Below, one piece after another: positions 12,672 to 24,952 of a DNA stretch of 64,000 nucleotides. This stretch comes from Octopus bimaculoides (lineage: Eukaryota), in contig NC_068994.1 of NCBI RefSeq assembly GCF_001194135.2, positions 31,380,840-31,444,839 on the forward strand, given 5' to 3'. A model generated the notes under the pieces. That model ran no database searches and was not told the DNA's origin. It was given only the letters and a program-made list of their open reading frames with translations. Position 1 is the stretch's first letter; each line of letters opens with the position of its first letter. A program made the position numbers and the translations under genes.

Positions 12672-12829
12672 CATCCTAAATCAGTATTCCTCACTGCATG
12701 AATTTGTAAGCAGCAAACATGAGAATTGTTAATGACGAATGAAAGAATTGTTAGCAGCAAACTGATAAGTTGTTTTCAATTTTATATATTTATTAATCAT
12801 TCAATTTATTTTCTTGCTTCCCACTACAT

Positions 12830-13840
12830 TATAATGAGCAAAGAAAAACAAAGTTGTACCAGCAAAAACTCCGAAAGGAATGGCTTAAGATGCCAGCGTT
12901 TACTAAGTGGTTGTGTGAAGTACCTAGTGATTAATCTAAAGCCCATTGCAGATATTGTTGATGTAATATGTTGGCAAAATTCTCTTTTAGTAAGCCACTG
13001 TGAAGCAAAGAAACATAAAGCATCAACTCCCCGGCAAATGATTCTTACCAATTTTATTAAAACCAAAAATGATAAGACATCTTGAAGCAAATTTAGCAAT
13101 GTTTATTTGTTGCCACTCATTGTTTAATAGCTGTGATCGCTTAATAGAGTTATGTAAGAATTATGTCTGATAGTGATATTATATCCAAAGTGAAGTTGCA
13201 TTGTACAAAATGTGCAAATATTGTGAGAAATGTTCTAGCTCCATATTTTGATGGAGATTTGATTTCTGATATAGAAGATAGAGAATTTAGCCTGTTATTA
13301 GATGAATCCAATGATATATCAATAAACAAGTTGTTGGGAATTGTTACCATATATTATAGTGACACTCAGAAAAAAGTGGTACATACATATCTCAGTATGG
13401 TATCTTTAGAAACATGTGATGCAGATGGCATTGTAGATGCCTTAAAAATTGAATTAGTAAAAAAGAAATTAGATATAAAAAATTTACTGGCTATAGGAAC
13501 CGACAATGCTAGAGTAATGATAGGAGTCAAGAATGGTGTTTTCCAGAAATTAAAAGGAGTTCCATCATTACTTCTATTTAGATGTGTATATCATTCTTTA
13601 CAGTTGGCAGTATCCCACACTTGTGCTGAATGCTTGCTCATAAATTTAGAATTTTTAGTATCCGAAACCTATACATGGTCCTCTCATTCTTCAACAAGAC
13701 AAAGTGCCTACAAACAACTTTACCTTGTTATCAATGATAAAGAGCCTTTGAAGATCATGAATTCTTGTACAACTAGGTGGCTGTCAATAGAACCAGCAGT
13801 ATATAGATTCATATACAATTCATATCTATCACTTTGATCA
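12830..13840 (+). mobile_element. hAT-family transposase remnant
   Basis: ORF 13163-13837 has FSLLLDESND, IGTDNARVMIG..NG, CVYHSLQL and TRWLS, matching the hAT catalytic motifs; upstream frames are broken. Confidence 0.85.
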
Positions 13841-14264
13841 TCAACTATTGTAAATATTTTATTCTCTAAAATAAAACCAGTCAGGTGTCCTATTACTGGC
13901 CTTGTATATAGTTCCACATTACATTCAAACTTGAAACCTGCCTTTACTCTAAACTAAGACAAGTCTTCTAGGTTACTGACATGTGTACCACCAACAATAA
14001 ATCATGATGGTGATTGTGAATGAAAGCAACAATAAATGTTATGTAGATGTAAATATTGTAAATATTTTAGAGAGCATACTTGCAAATATTGCAAAAAATG
14101 ACCTCTAAAAGTCTGGTTGATGGTTTACAAAATTATAATCTTGTATATTTTGTGTTTATATTGTTTTGGGCAGAAAACAAGCTTTGTAAGACGATAAGGT
14201 GGTGGTAGCTGTTTCTGTTGTTCCTCTCAGACCTGAAGGATTTGGAAACAGAAACCTGTTCAAC

Positions 14265-14291
14265 ATGGAATTATTCCAAAGGAGTTACAAG
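14265..14291 (+). CDS. Probable first coding micro-exon (MELFQRSYK) of zinc-finger gene 1
   Basis: Acceptor ctctcAG at 14229-14230, caacATGg at 14265, donor AAG|GTAAAG at 14292 in phase 0, matching the phase-0 acceptor at 17468. The splice is inferred, not observed. Confidence 0.5.
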
Positions 14292-14643
14292 GTAAAGATC
14301 AATTGATATTCGAAAAGCTGTTGTTTCTTCTTCTTCTTCTCCTCCTCCTCCTCCTCCTTTAGATGCACCTCCACCTTCTTGCAGTGCATGCTAGATTTTC
14401 AAGGGTGTAGAATTGCTTTTGTATGAAACGGTTTTTGCCTTATGGATATTATTATAGGGTGAATAAGATAAAGAACCAGTCAAATAGTAAGGTTGATATC
14501 ATTTGGTTACGTCCCCTCCCTTTAAATTTCAGATCTTGTTCCTCTGTTAAGGATCATTATTAGAACAGTCATATGTTGGAAATAGCAGAGTGGTAGAATA
14601 ATTGTTTTGTGTTTCTTACTTTTATCTCTTTGCATTCTGTATT

Positions 14644-15410
14644 CATCATCATCATCATCGTTTAACGCCCGCCTTCCATGCTAGCATGGGTTGGACGATT
14701 TGACTGAGGACTGGTGAAACCGGATGGCAACACCAGGCTCCAATCTAATTTGGCAGAGTTTCTACAGCTGGATGCCCTTCCTAACGCCAACCACTCAGAG
14801 AGTGTAGTGGGTGCTTTTACGTGTCACCCGCACGAAAACGGCCACGCTCGAAATGGTGTCTTTTATGTGCCACCCGCACAAGAGCCAGTCCAGGGGCACT
14901 GGCAACAATCTCGCTCGAAAACCCTACAAAGGCCAGTCAGGTGGTATANNNNNNNNNNNNNNNNNNNNNNNNNNNNNNNNNNNNNNNNNNNNNNNNNNNN
15001 NNNNNNNNNNNNNNNNNNNNNNNNNNNNNNNNNNNNNNNNNNNNNNNNNNNNNNNNNNNNNNNNNNNNNNNNNNNNNNNNNNNNNNNNNNNNNNNNNNNN
15101 NNNNNNNNNNNNNNNNNNNNNNNNNNNNNNNNNNNNNNNNNNNNNNNNNNNNNNNNNNNNNNNNNNNNNNNNNNNNNNNNNNNNNNNNNNNNNNNNNNNN
15201 NNNATCTGATTTGACAGTGTTTCTACAGCTGGATGCCCTTCCTAAAGCCCACCACTCAGAGAGTGTAGTGGGTGCTTTTACGTGTCACCCGCACGAAGGC
15301 CAGTCAGGCGGTACTGGCAAAGGCCACGCTCATCTCGCTTGAGAAACCTCATGTGTCACCCGCACAAGAGCCAGCCCAGGGGCACCAGCAACGATCCCGC
15401 TCGCAAATTC
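14644..15410 (-). mobile_element. SINE/LINE 3' end with RTE-type tail, spanning a gap and partly duplicated
   Basis: Reverse complement of ...ggcgttaggaagggcatccagctgtagaaac...catggaaggcgggcgttaaacgatgatgatg. Confidence 0.8.
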
Positions 15411-15707
15411 TGTTTAGATGGAATTTCATCATCATCAACCTCTGGACATTATTGTCTTGAGTCCTAGGATTCAAAGGGTCAGTTACCCAATTTTCATGGC
15501 ACATAAGTGGCCAAGATCACAACATTCCCTCTGAATGGGATGCCACTCCATCATAGGGTTATTCATTTACAGTTGGGTGGACTGCAGTAATGTGAAATTA
15601 AATGTTTTGTTCAAGAACACAATGCACTGCCTGGTCCAGGAAGTAAAACTACGATCTTGCAAACTACTAGGTTACACACCTTCTTCAGTGGACTTTAGTT
15701 TCATTAA

Positions 15708-15916
15708 CCCTTTAGCATTCACATTATTCTGTCCAAAAGTAACGCTTATTTATTCACATTGTTTTGAATTAATCATGCATTAATTATTTTGATGATATAA
15801 CTGTTAATTTTGAGGATTATATTATAGAAGTGGTGTGAGAAACCACATCTGGCCAGTTTGAACATAGAGCAGGTTGAATATTTTGGCCAGATATGGCCTG
15901 TTTGGAGGCTAAAGGG
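15708..15916. mobile_element. piggyBac-type MITE (second family)
   Basis: TIRs CCCTTTAGC / GCTAAAGGG with TTAA on both flanks (15704-15707 and 15917-15920). Confidence 0.85.
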
Positions 15917-16327
15917 TTAAAATAAAAAAATGTTTGCTCTGAAGGAAAGGTTTGTATCTGTGGTACTTTCACTGGCCATGGAGATTGGTGGCATCAGTGT
16001 GGTTGATGTTTTTCTTGAATATTTGAAAGTTGACTGCTATTGGAAAAACATGGACAAGTTGGGAATTCCAGAGCGGTGCTGTTTGAGGGGGAAGTGATTG
16101 GTGTGTAGCTTAGATGAAGAACACATAATATGGATATTAAGAGACGAGAGAAAGAAAGATCGGACCCATATAGAGATAGCATAAGTCAGCTGTGAGAAGC
16201 TGAGATCACTCTTGTACTGGTAGAAGCTCAGTGACAATGCAACATGTCCATTTTCCAGAGGTTGGAGGTGACTAAATGCTGCTAAGCATTTTGCCCAGCG
16301 TGCTAATGATTCTGGTAGCTCACTGCC

Positions 16328-16328
<1 letters not shown>

Positions 16329-16365
<37 letters not shown>

Positions 16366-16420
16366 TATTATTATTATTATTATTATTATCATCATTATCA
16401 TTATTATTATTATTATAATA
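16329..16420. repeat. (TAA)n immediately followed by (TTA)n: AT-rich palindromic microsatellite
   Basis: Symmetry centre at 16364/16365; about 25 nt of perfect arm on each side. Confidence 0.9.
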
Positions 16421-16960
16421 AATGCCCTGATGCAGTATCAGACAGTGGCTCTCATGGCTTCTGATCTTAACTGATTGGACGTGTTATTGTGTACATGTTT
16501 TGTCTTGGTATAAAAGATGGGCTACAGCAAATATTCTGCTTAATACCACAGATTTTCTTGTCAGTTGTTGGACCTTAACCAGTTGAGCATGTCCCTTGGT
16601 GGCTGACGATATGTGCATCTCTGATCATGAGCAGAAGTAGTGGGGGAGCATCATAGCCATGTTGAGAGGAATTCTTTGGGGTTTGAATCATTCTCCTCTG
16701 GAAACATGGGTATTTCATTCAACATCCTTAAACAACCCTTATTCAGGAAGCTTTTTAGTGGGATGGGCTATTCGACCTGAAGAAAATTCTAACTGGGCCC
16801 CACCTGCGAGGTCATGTGTTGTTTATCTTAATATGAGATCACCATGTTGCACACATATGGTTGTGATGCATGTGCCTGGTGTAGTCATAATGGGTATATT
16901 GAGCTTCATATATTTGTACCCCAGTGTCACTTTGATGGCATGCGCTGTTCTCTCTCTCAG
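16421..16960. mobile_element. Retroposon-like segment bounded by (TAA)n tracts, possibly a Dong/R4-type 3' end
   Basis: Mixed-sequence ~540 bp block with no informative ORF, flanked on both sides by TAA/TTA tracts. Dong-type elements are known to target TAA repeats. The family assignment is inference. Confidence 0.4.
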
Positions 16961-17468
16961 TAATAATAATAATAATAATGTTTTCTTTATTAACCACTAA
17001 GGGTTCACAAAAATATTGGAGACATGTCTTGAGGAATGGTAGCAAGTAGCTAAAGTAATAGAACTGCTCTGAAAGAATTATAGAAAGTCATTACTAAGCA
17101 CTCTTAGATTCAAGAAAGTGGAGGGGAACATGTGTAACAACATTAGTAGTTAGATTACTAGTTTTAATACCAACAAAGCTTTCATTCTAACCTTAGACAA
17201 TTACAAATGAAACTAAGTAACTGTAACACTGCAGATATCTGCCTGCATTGCTTGGATGATTTGCCAAATTCCTTAGCATTTAATTTTTTGTTAAAAGTTT
17301 TGCTCTAAAATAAGGAAGCTTTATTTGTATCTTCCAATTGTTGGCACCTATGTTCTCTGTATCCTAACAATATAATGATATGTATAATAATATGCAAAAA
17401 ATTATTATGATAATTATGCTGCTTGTGTATAATAATGCTAATGATAATAATATGTTTTCTTTTAATAG

Positions 17469-18410
17469 CTGACAGATAAGCCGAAAGACAAAACCCTGTT
17501 CCACTGTAGTATTTGCAGCAAAATATTCTCTCAAAATATTTATTTAAAGCAACATATGAAAACACATGAAGAGGAGATGGGTGTGAAAAAAGATGTACCA
17601 AAGGAGAAACCTGTACACAAGTGTGAATTCTGTGACAAAACATTTGATAGAAACAGCAGTTTAGTTTATCATAGGAGGTCACATACTGGAGAGAAACCTT
17701 TCGAATGCAACGTCTGTAATAAGATGTTCACTCAAAAGGGAAGCCTTAAAGTGCACATGAGAACACACACTGGGGAAATGCCCTTCCACTGCCAAGTGTG
17801 TGAGAAAAACTTTTCCCAGGAATGCTCGCTTAGGATTCACATGCGCAGACACACCGGTGAAACACCTTACAGTTGTGAGTATTGTGATAAGGTATTTGCC
17901 CGAAAAGACTACTTAACTCTGCACACCAGAAGTCATACTGGTGAAACACCATATCGTTGCGATACATGTGAAAAAGTCTTCACTCGCAAAGAGCATCTCA
18001 ATACACACAAACGAATCCATACAGGTGAAAGACCATTTAATTGTAAATTCTGTGGTTACTGTTTTGCTGACGTTCGAACCTTGAAACATCACATACGAAT
18101 ACACACAGGAGAGAAACCGTATCGATGTGAGATCTGTGGGAAAGCATGTTCCAGGAAATACAGCATGACTATACACATGCGAACTCATACACGTGCTACA
18201 AAAATTGAATGTGAGATTTGCAAGAAGATTTTTTCTCGTAAGAACAGTTTAAATGTCCACATGAAATCGCACGCTGAGGTGATGAGCCACCAGTGTCAGA
18301 TTTGCAATGAGTATTTCTGGAGTAAAGAAAATCTTGCTCTACATGTGCAAAAGCGCTGTGAAAACAAACCATTTGAAAGTGTGCAGGAAGGTTTCCTTTC
18401 TTGTAAGTGA
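17469..18410 (+). CDS. C2H2 zinc-finger protein (gene 1), main coding exon: 9 canonical fingers plus a terminal C2HC-like finger
   Basis: ORF 17556-18410 has 8 C2H2 fingers with TGE(K/T/R/M)P linkers plus HQCQIC...HVQKRC. The same frame is open back to the acceptor ttttaatAG (17467-17468) and encodes an extra finger [23 protein letters not shown]. Confidence 0.92.
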   Translation: MTDKPKDKTLFHCSICSKIFSQNIYLKQHMKTHEEEMGVKKDVPKEKPVHKCEFCDKTFDRNSSLVYHRRSHTGEKPFECNVCNKMFTQKGSLKVHMRTHTGEMPFHCQVCEKNFSQECSLRIHMRRHTGETPYSCEYCDKVFARKDYLTLHTRSHTGETPYRCDTCEKVFTRKEHLNTHKRIHTGERPFNCKFCGYCFADVRTLKHHIRIHTGEKPYRCEICGKACSRKYSMTIHMRTHTRATKIECEICKKIFSRKNSLNVHMKSHAEVMSHQCQICNEYFWSKENLALHVQKRCENKPFESVQEGFLSCK

Positions 18411-19479
18411 CCAGAATATTCTAATATTCTACAAGATATCTGAACTGATGCTGAAAAGTGACAGCTGCTAAAATTGTCAAAACAACTGCAGTAAAAACTA
18501 TCCTTTCATAAATTCCATATGTGTGTATGTGTGATGTGTGAGTATGTATATAAACACATATACGTGCATGGTAGTGACTGACCAAAAGTAGCAATCTGAA
18601 GGCTCCGTATTCATTGAGCTCTTCATTGATGTAGAGATAGATGTCGCTATAAGTCTTTAACAGTTACATATTGGTTACCTGTTTTTTTTTGTTTTGTTTT
18701 CTCCCAAACCCATAAGTATGAAAAGTTTATGTCATAGTGTCTTGACTTGAACTTTTAATATCTAGACTCATCATATATTATACTCTACAACAGAACTACC
18801 GTCCTACACAGAAACACATACAAGAATATAAACACACATATGTAACACACCTATACATGTATATGTACAAAGACATTCACACCACAAACATACCCATATT
18901 CAAGAATATTGTCATTATATATACACACATGCATATTGATAAAATACTTGTTTCCTACCAGTTTATCATTAATGTTAACAATTCTAAAGGTTAAGAACTT
19001 GGATGGAGAATGAGCTGTATATTTTATTCTATTTGTTGTAGATGTTGATCTATCAAGCAACTCACCTAATATTGACCAACCAGGTAGTTATTTTATGCTA
19101 ATTTTAATTTTGCACAATTCTTCCAGTAGTTTGACCAGTGGTTCAAATGATCATCATTTTGCTTACTCATAAGCATAAACTCTCAATGAATGTTGGACTA
19201 ACATTATACTACTGTGTGATAATTACACAAGATATGTCTGACCTGCTACATGGCTCCTTCTTTAAAACTTCTTTCTTTCTTAAGAATATGCCAGTCTCTC
19301 TTCCTTTCTCTGTACATTGGTTGATCCTCACTTTCTGTTCATAGTTCATAGTCCAGTTTAGCAACATATAATCATTATCATACTTGTTCACTTGCTTCAT
19401 ACTCTTACTTGATGGGGATGGGGTCATCCCAGAGATATTATCATGCATAGAGCCAACCAAGTCCACCAGTGCTCTCTAT

Positions 19480-19850
19480 CACTGGCAGTTCCTAGCCAGC
19501 CCCTCTGCATTCTGCAGGGTGATGTTAAGCCTCTGGAGAAACCTCCTTAATCATGTCCAGCCCTTAGCTGCTGCATTGCATGAGAGAAAAGCATTGGTAG
19601 GATGATCTAGCAGGAAACAGTAGATATGTTCATACCAGCGCATGCAATGGATAGCTATGAGGGAGGCTGCAAGCTGATGTGTGCATGCACACGGTTCTTT
19701 GTTGTTCCCCTTCATTCTCCTCTTTGGAACAGAAATGTGATCCTTTGCAAATACCCTGGCAAAGAGGATTGACGGTTTTGATAGCAGAACCTTGAGAACC
19801 ATCGAGAACATCAGCTGATATCATCACATATCCAACAAAGCTATCATCCT
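19480..19850 (-). mobile_element. Very degenerate RTE-like LINE 3' region
   Basis: Minus frame gives MRWYEHI...HP...KGW, weakly resembling the RLRWxGH motif at RTE ORF ends. Confidence 0.35.
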
Positions 19851-21419
19851 ATCAAGATTTACTTTAAACCTGACCTCAGCAACCTTTACTTTTTCTCTAT
19901 ATTCAAAACATTTGTCATTACTCAAACCTTAATACCACCAACATTAGTTCCAGCAGTGATGCTTCCATCACCCTCAAACATCCTAGAACAAGTTCCAACC
20001 CTTGCCAGAATATCGCTATTTCTCTCAACAAAACTGTATCTCAGACTATAAAAGCACATTCCAGCATGCTCCATTACTGAAAAGGGACTCATCTCTGACA
20101 ATACTAACTACTAATTTGTGATATTTCACAGGTAATGGAAACAATTGTAAACAAATATTTCATTCATTACTTTCAGTCTCTCTTTCATATACACACACAC
20201 ATGTTTCTCTCCAACCTAAAATTCTGTCAACTCTGGTTTGCTCATAAGTTTGATTATGTAGCCAACATCCTTCCTTCTATTCAACTGATGGGCCTACTTG
20301 TTTCTTTTAAACATATACTTACCCTACACTCATCACTCTTCACTAACTTCCTGCATACATGTCATCCACAAGTAACATTGACATACCCCATTCTACGTTT
20401 TAGGAGGAGCAGAGCAGTGACTTTTTTGCAAACATCTCTCAAAAGAGACTTAGCAACCTAATTTCCTTCAACAGCATCAATAGGCATATCTTGCTTCTCC
20501 CTACATCATATGAATAGAATCAAAGAAAAAACAAAAAGATTAAATCTATCAAAGTTATTACAAATGTTATACCTCACAATCTTTCACAGTGGTCTCATAT
20601 ATTATCATCATCATCATCATTATCATCACTTTTAACATCTACTTTTCCATGCTTGCATGAGTCAGAAGGGTGTTTACTGGCAAAGATTTTTCATAACTAG
20701 CCACGTTTTCCACAGGATATTGGAAATGAATAAGGCTGCTTTATTACTGTAACACTCATTTACAACAATTATGTGATGTCAGAATAAGGAGACACAAATA
20801 TACATACACTCATACACATACACATAAAAATTTTAACTGAAGGAGTGGAACTGGTAAAATGCACACTACATATGTTTCTTAGCTAGCTGAATCTCTGATC
20901 TAATAGTTATGCAATGAGGGGTGCTCAACTTGGTTTATCATCAGGCTGAGATTACCTTAATTAAATGAAGGTTACATGCACACACACACAAATATACACT
21001 ACATGAATATGTGGTTGGGTAGCAAACTTTTTAACCACACAACCATGCCTGCATTATATATATATATTTATAATTTTTACACCTGGTGAAATGCATTGGA
21101 TAAAGTTTCTTGAGGTGGTATTCTTCAGCCAGATGCCCTTCCTAATCTAACCCTAGTTTTGCAAATAAGAGTTGAATTATGGCTTTACATGTTAATCCTT
21201 TATTGGATGTATCATTTATGGAAGACAAAAACACGTAACTGTTGCTAGAATGGTTTCAATGCAAAGACACTCAGAGATAAACACATATACACACCTGCTA
21301 TATGCATATGTATGACAAGTTTCTGTAGTTTCCACGTACTAAATTCTATTCACAAGGCATTAAGTCAGGCCATAGTAGAAGACATTTGTATGTATGTATG
21401 TATATATATACACACCACC

Positions 21420-21720
21420 ATCATCATCATCATCGTCATTATTGTTGTCATTTAATGACCCTTTTTCCATGTTGGTTTGAGTTGGATAATTTGACAGGAA
21501 CCAACAAGCTGAGGGTGGCACCAAGCTTCAGTGTCTTCCTTGACATGGTTTCTATAGGTGGATGCCTTTCTTAACATGAACCACTTGACAGATTGTTCTG
21601 GATGCTTTTTTCTTTTCTCATGGAACTAGCACTAGTAAGGTAGACCAAGTACTCACAAAATGGGGTTCCTCAACTGAGTGGAGTTATCGTATTGAAGGAT
21701 GTGAAAGTATGATAGAGGGG
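21420..21720 (-). mobile_element. RTE-tail SINE/LINE 3' end
   Basis: (CAT)n followed by tttaatgaccctttttccatg...ggatgcctttctt, homologous to 14644-14947. Confidence 0.65.
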
Positions 21721-21869
21721 CAGAAACAAGTGTCTTGCTGAAGAGGTGAATACATGGCTTCCCCAGCAGTTAACACACACACAGCACATAGATATATTCA
21801 TAGATGTACACTGTAACATAGATGAAGTGTTGACATTTTTATTCAATGTGACATAAAATCAGTCATAAT

Positions 21870-22170
21870 GATCAAACACCACCACACTGTAATCATGACT
21901 AACTATCAAACACCAGCACACCATATCCATGCTCTGATCACAACTTCAACTACAGAATACCACCATACTGTATACATACTCTAATCACAACTATAACTGC
22001 CAAACACATACAGATTGTAATCACAACCACATACCAAATACAACTACACCCTACTCATACTGTAATCACAAGTACATACCAAACACCTTTTCCCCTATAA
22101 TCATAGTTACAACTACCAAACCCTGTCACAGTATATTCATACTATAATCACAGCTACAAAAACCAAAAAA
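21870..22170. repeat. Degenerate minisatellite (~35-40 bp unit)
   Basis: Recurring catactgtaatcacaactacaactaccaaacac-like unit. Confidence 0.65.
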
Positions 22171-23184
22171 AACATCATATAATAATCTCATTTCTATAAT
22201 CTCTCTACTGAAAAGATTTTGTAACAATTTCTACATGTTCCCCACTTTCATTTCTTTTTTTGTTAATATTCAACTTACAAACTTTCATCCAAAATAGTCC
22301 CTTTATTTAAAAAAAAATATTTGTTAGTGTCCAGTTGTTTTAGTTATTGCTTTGGACACAGTAATAAAAAATTAATAAATTGGCTCAGTCTCAAATTCTC
22401 TGTCTTAGTTCTGTTGATTCCCTCCAGTAGGAAAGATGTTGCAAGCCCATTGCCTTTTAATTTTATTGTTTAAAAGACAGATTAAATAATAAAGAAAAAC
22501 AAACTTGTAAAAGGATGACAAAAGATAAAATAAATAAAATGTAAACATTCCTTTCATCGCATACCTGAGTTCCACAGCTGACCGAATTATTGCAATATCA
22601 GCCTGCTGTCCAAAAGGCTGATAGTTGACATTCCGTCACAGGCACTACAAGGGAAGTAAAATCCTCAGTGTTTCAGTTTAGTTAGCTGTGTATAGAGCTA
22701 AAGAAGAGATCAAACACACCAAACCACTACACAATGGAGAGATTGAACACACATCTGCAAAAAGTAGGAACATCATGTAACCAAGAAATAAATCTTCCCT
22801 TTGCCTAATTAGGTTCAGTTTTTCACACGGATTGTCATTTCCATCAATTTAATACCACGAAAGTTGGGATTGACAGGCATATTACCTCACACAGAAGACA
22901 GTCAACAACCAAGTTTCTTACATAGCTACTAAACTTGTTGGAAACAACACCCAAATCTCCTACAAATTACACTCTATCGTCAGAGGGTTAGTTTACACAT
23001 GAATCTCAGATGAAATGCCATAAGTATTTATTCCTTCTGAATAGCGAGACATATTCAGCAAGGTGTTTCCAGCAGTACATCAGTCTTCTGTCAAAATTAA
23101 AATACTTTATAGGTTTCTTTACAATATGCCCAGTAGATGTTTATAAACCTTCCTCTTCTTGATATACTACTCTCTCTTTCTGAA

Positions 23185-23690
23185 TCTTCAGTTTGTTGAT
23201 CTTAAATGTTGATCAGTATTGGAAATGGTGCAATTAAATTCGAGGGCAGGATGGAAGCATTGGACAAAAGAGAGGAAGGAGTCTAGTTGTTCGTGGGAGA
23301 GCGAGGTCGCACCAATACAGTCATCAATATAACGACTGTATAGTTCGGGAGTGGGACCTGTGAATCTTGAAATTTCATGGTGTGGGATCACCATATATAG
23401 ACTCTTGATATCAAAAGCAAAGAGAAGTTTAGAGGGGCCTGGAGGGAAAGAGAAAGAGTTGAAAAGATGAAGAGCATGGTTAGCGTCATGGATGTGTGAT
23501 GAGAGGGAAGTCACTAGTGGGGCAAAGACACAGTCGAGGTATTTTGAGATCAGTTCCGTGGGGCAGTTACAGGCGGAGATGATGGGGAAGCCAGGGTTGT
23601 TGGGTTTGTGGATTTTGGGAAGAAAGTAAATGGTGGGGGGGGGGTGCAAGGAGTGTGGACAATTAGGTTGGAGGCATAGAATTTAGTGTG
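23185..23690 (-). mobile_element. Penelope-like element RT fragment, internally deleted
   Basis: ORF 23188-23649: IYFLPKIHKPNNPG.PIIS...TELISKYLD, FDIKSLY..IPH, RYIDD. Confidence 0.9.
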
Positions 23691-23744
23691 AAATAAAAGT
23701 CATATTTTTCATGCAAAGAATGAACTTTAATCAATTATATATTT

Positions 23745-24892
23745 TCCATTTTGTTCGATGACCTTTTGCCATCTTTCAGGCTGCTTCATGATTCCACACT
23801 CATAGAACTTCTGGTCCTTATCAGCCAAAAACTAAAGCAAGTGTGATTTCAGGTCATCATCATTAGTGAAAGTTTTACCATTCAAAGAATTTTGCAAACT
23901 TCAAAATAAATGGTAATCTGATGGTGCAAGATGGATGTGACATCACTTCCCAACCAAGCTGTAATAATTTTCCACAAGTTAGCAAAGATGTGTGTGGTCT
24001 AGCGCTGTCATGGTAGAACATAATACCTTTACGATTTGCCAATTCTGGCCGTTTTTCTTTGATTGCTTCCTCCAGTTTCATTACTTGTTGACAGTAAGCA
24101 TCTGAATTGATAGTTTGGTTCCTTGAAAGCAGTTCAAAATATACCTCACCTTTGTAATCCCACCAAATTGACAGCATAACTTTGTGTTGATGCAATTCAG
24201 CTTTTAATGTGGTTTGTGCTGGTTCATTATGCTTGGACCATGATCGTTTTCTATGTTATTGTAGACAATCCACTTTTCATCACCAGCGATGATTCGTTTC
24301 AGAGAAAGGTCGATTTCACTGCATCTGAGATGCATGTTGTAAATATTGATTTGTTGTGTTTAGTGAATCTCTTTCAATTTATGTGGAACCCAAATATCAA
24401 GCTTCTTAACAAGTTGAAGACATTTTAAGTGATTTTCAGTTGTTGTGTGTGATACATTTAACCTCTCTGCAATCCCTTGCACAGTTATATGATAATCAGA
24501 TTCAACCATGGCTTTGATTCAGTTATCATCAACCTCAGTAGGTCATCTTTGAGTGAAAAATCACCAGAACGGAATTTTTTAAAACCATTTCTGACATGTA
24601 CATTAGCAATCAACACCATATACTTCATATATCTCTTTGTGAGCATCAGCAGCTTTCTTGCCTTTACGGAAATAGAAAATCAAAATATGGCGAAAATGTT
24701 TGTTTTTGCACTTCACGTTAAAATTGACACTGAACTAATACCTGTAAACAAAATTATGCACAATTTGCTTCTAAAGTAAGCTAAAAGTAACGGCTATGTC
24801 AAACTGAAAAAATCATGACATTCACAAAAGTCATTCAAAAAAATCGTAACACTATTTGCGCAAAACAAAATTACTTTCTTGTCAACTCAATA
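23745..24892 (-). mobile_element. Mariner transposon remnant
   Basis: ORF 23875-24195: KVMLSIWWDYKG..YFELL...TINSD.YCQQ...HDSARPH. TIR-like tattgagttgacaagaaagtaatt with TA at the 24892 end. Confidence 0.88.
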
Positions 24893-24952
24893 TATATAGA
24901 AATATTACATTTCTAAATCTCTCAGAGAGATTTATACAGTAGCTGTATGATA

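Noticed and set aside
14760-15300. Apparent tandem duplication of the RTE-tail SINE on both sides of the 255-N gap
   Set aside because: It cannot be distinguished from overlapping contig ends without long reads.
17913-18188. Antisense ORF over zinc-finger gene 1 (likewise 36730-36957 in another frame of gene 2 and 54091-54276 opposite gene 3)
   Set aside because: These are shadow frames of the zinc-finger coding sequence, with no independent motifs.
21870-22170. Repeat-spacer (CRISPR-like) interpretation of the minisatellites here and at 49230-49930
   Set aside because: The units are degenerate and contiguous with no unique constant-length spacers, there are no cas genes, and the context is eukaryotic.
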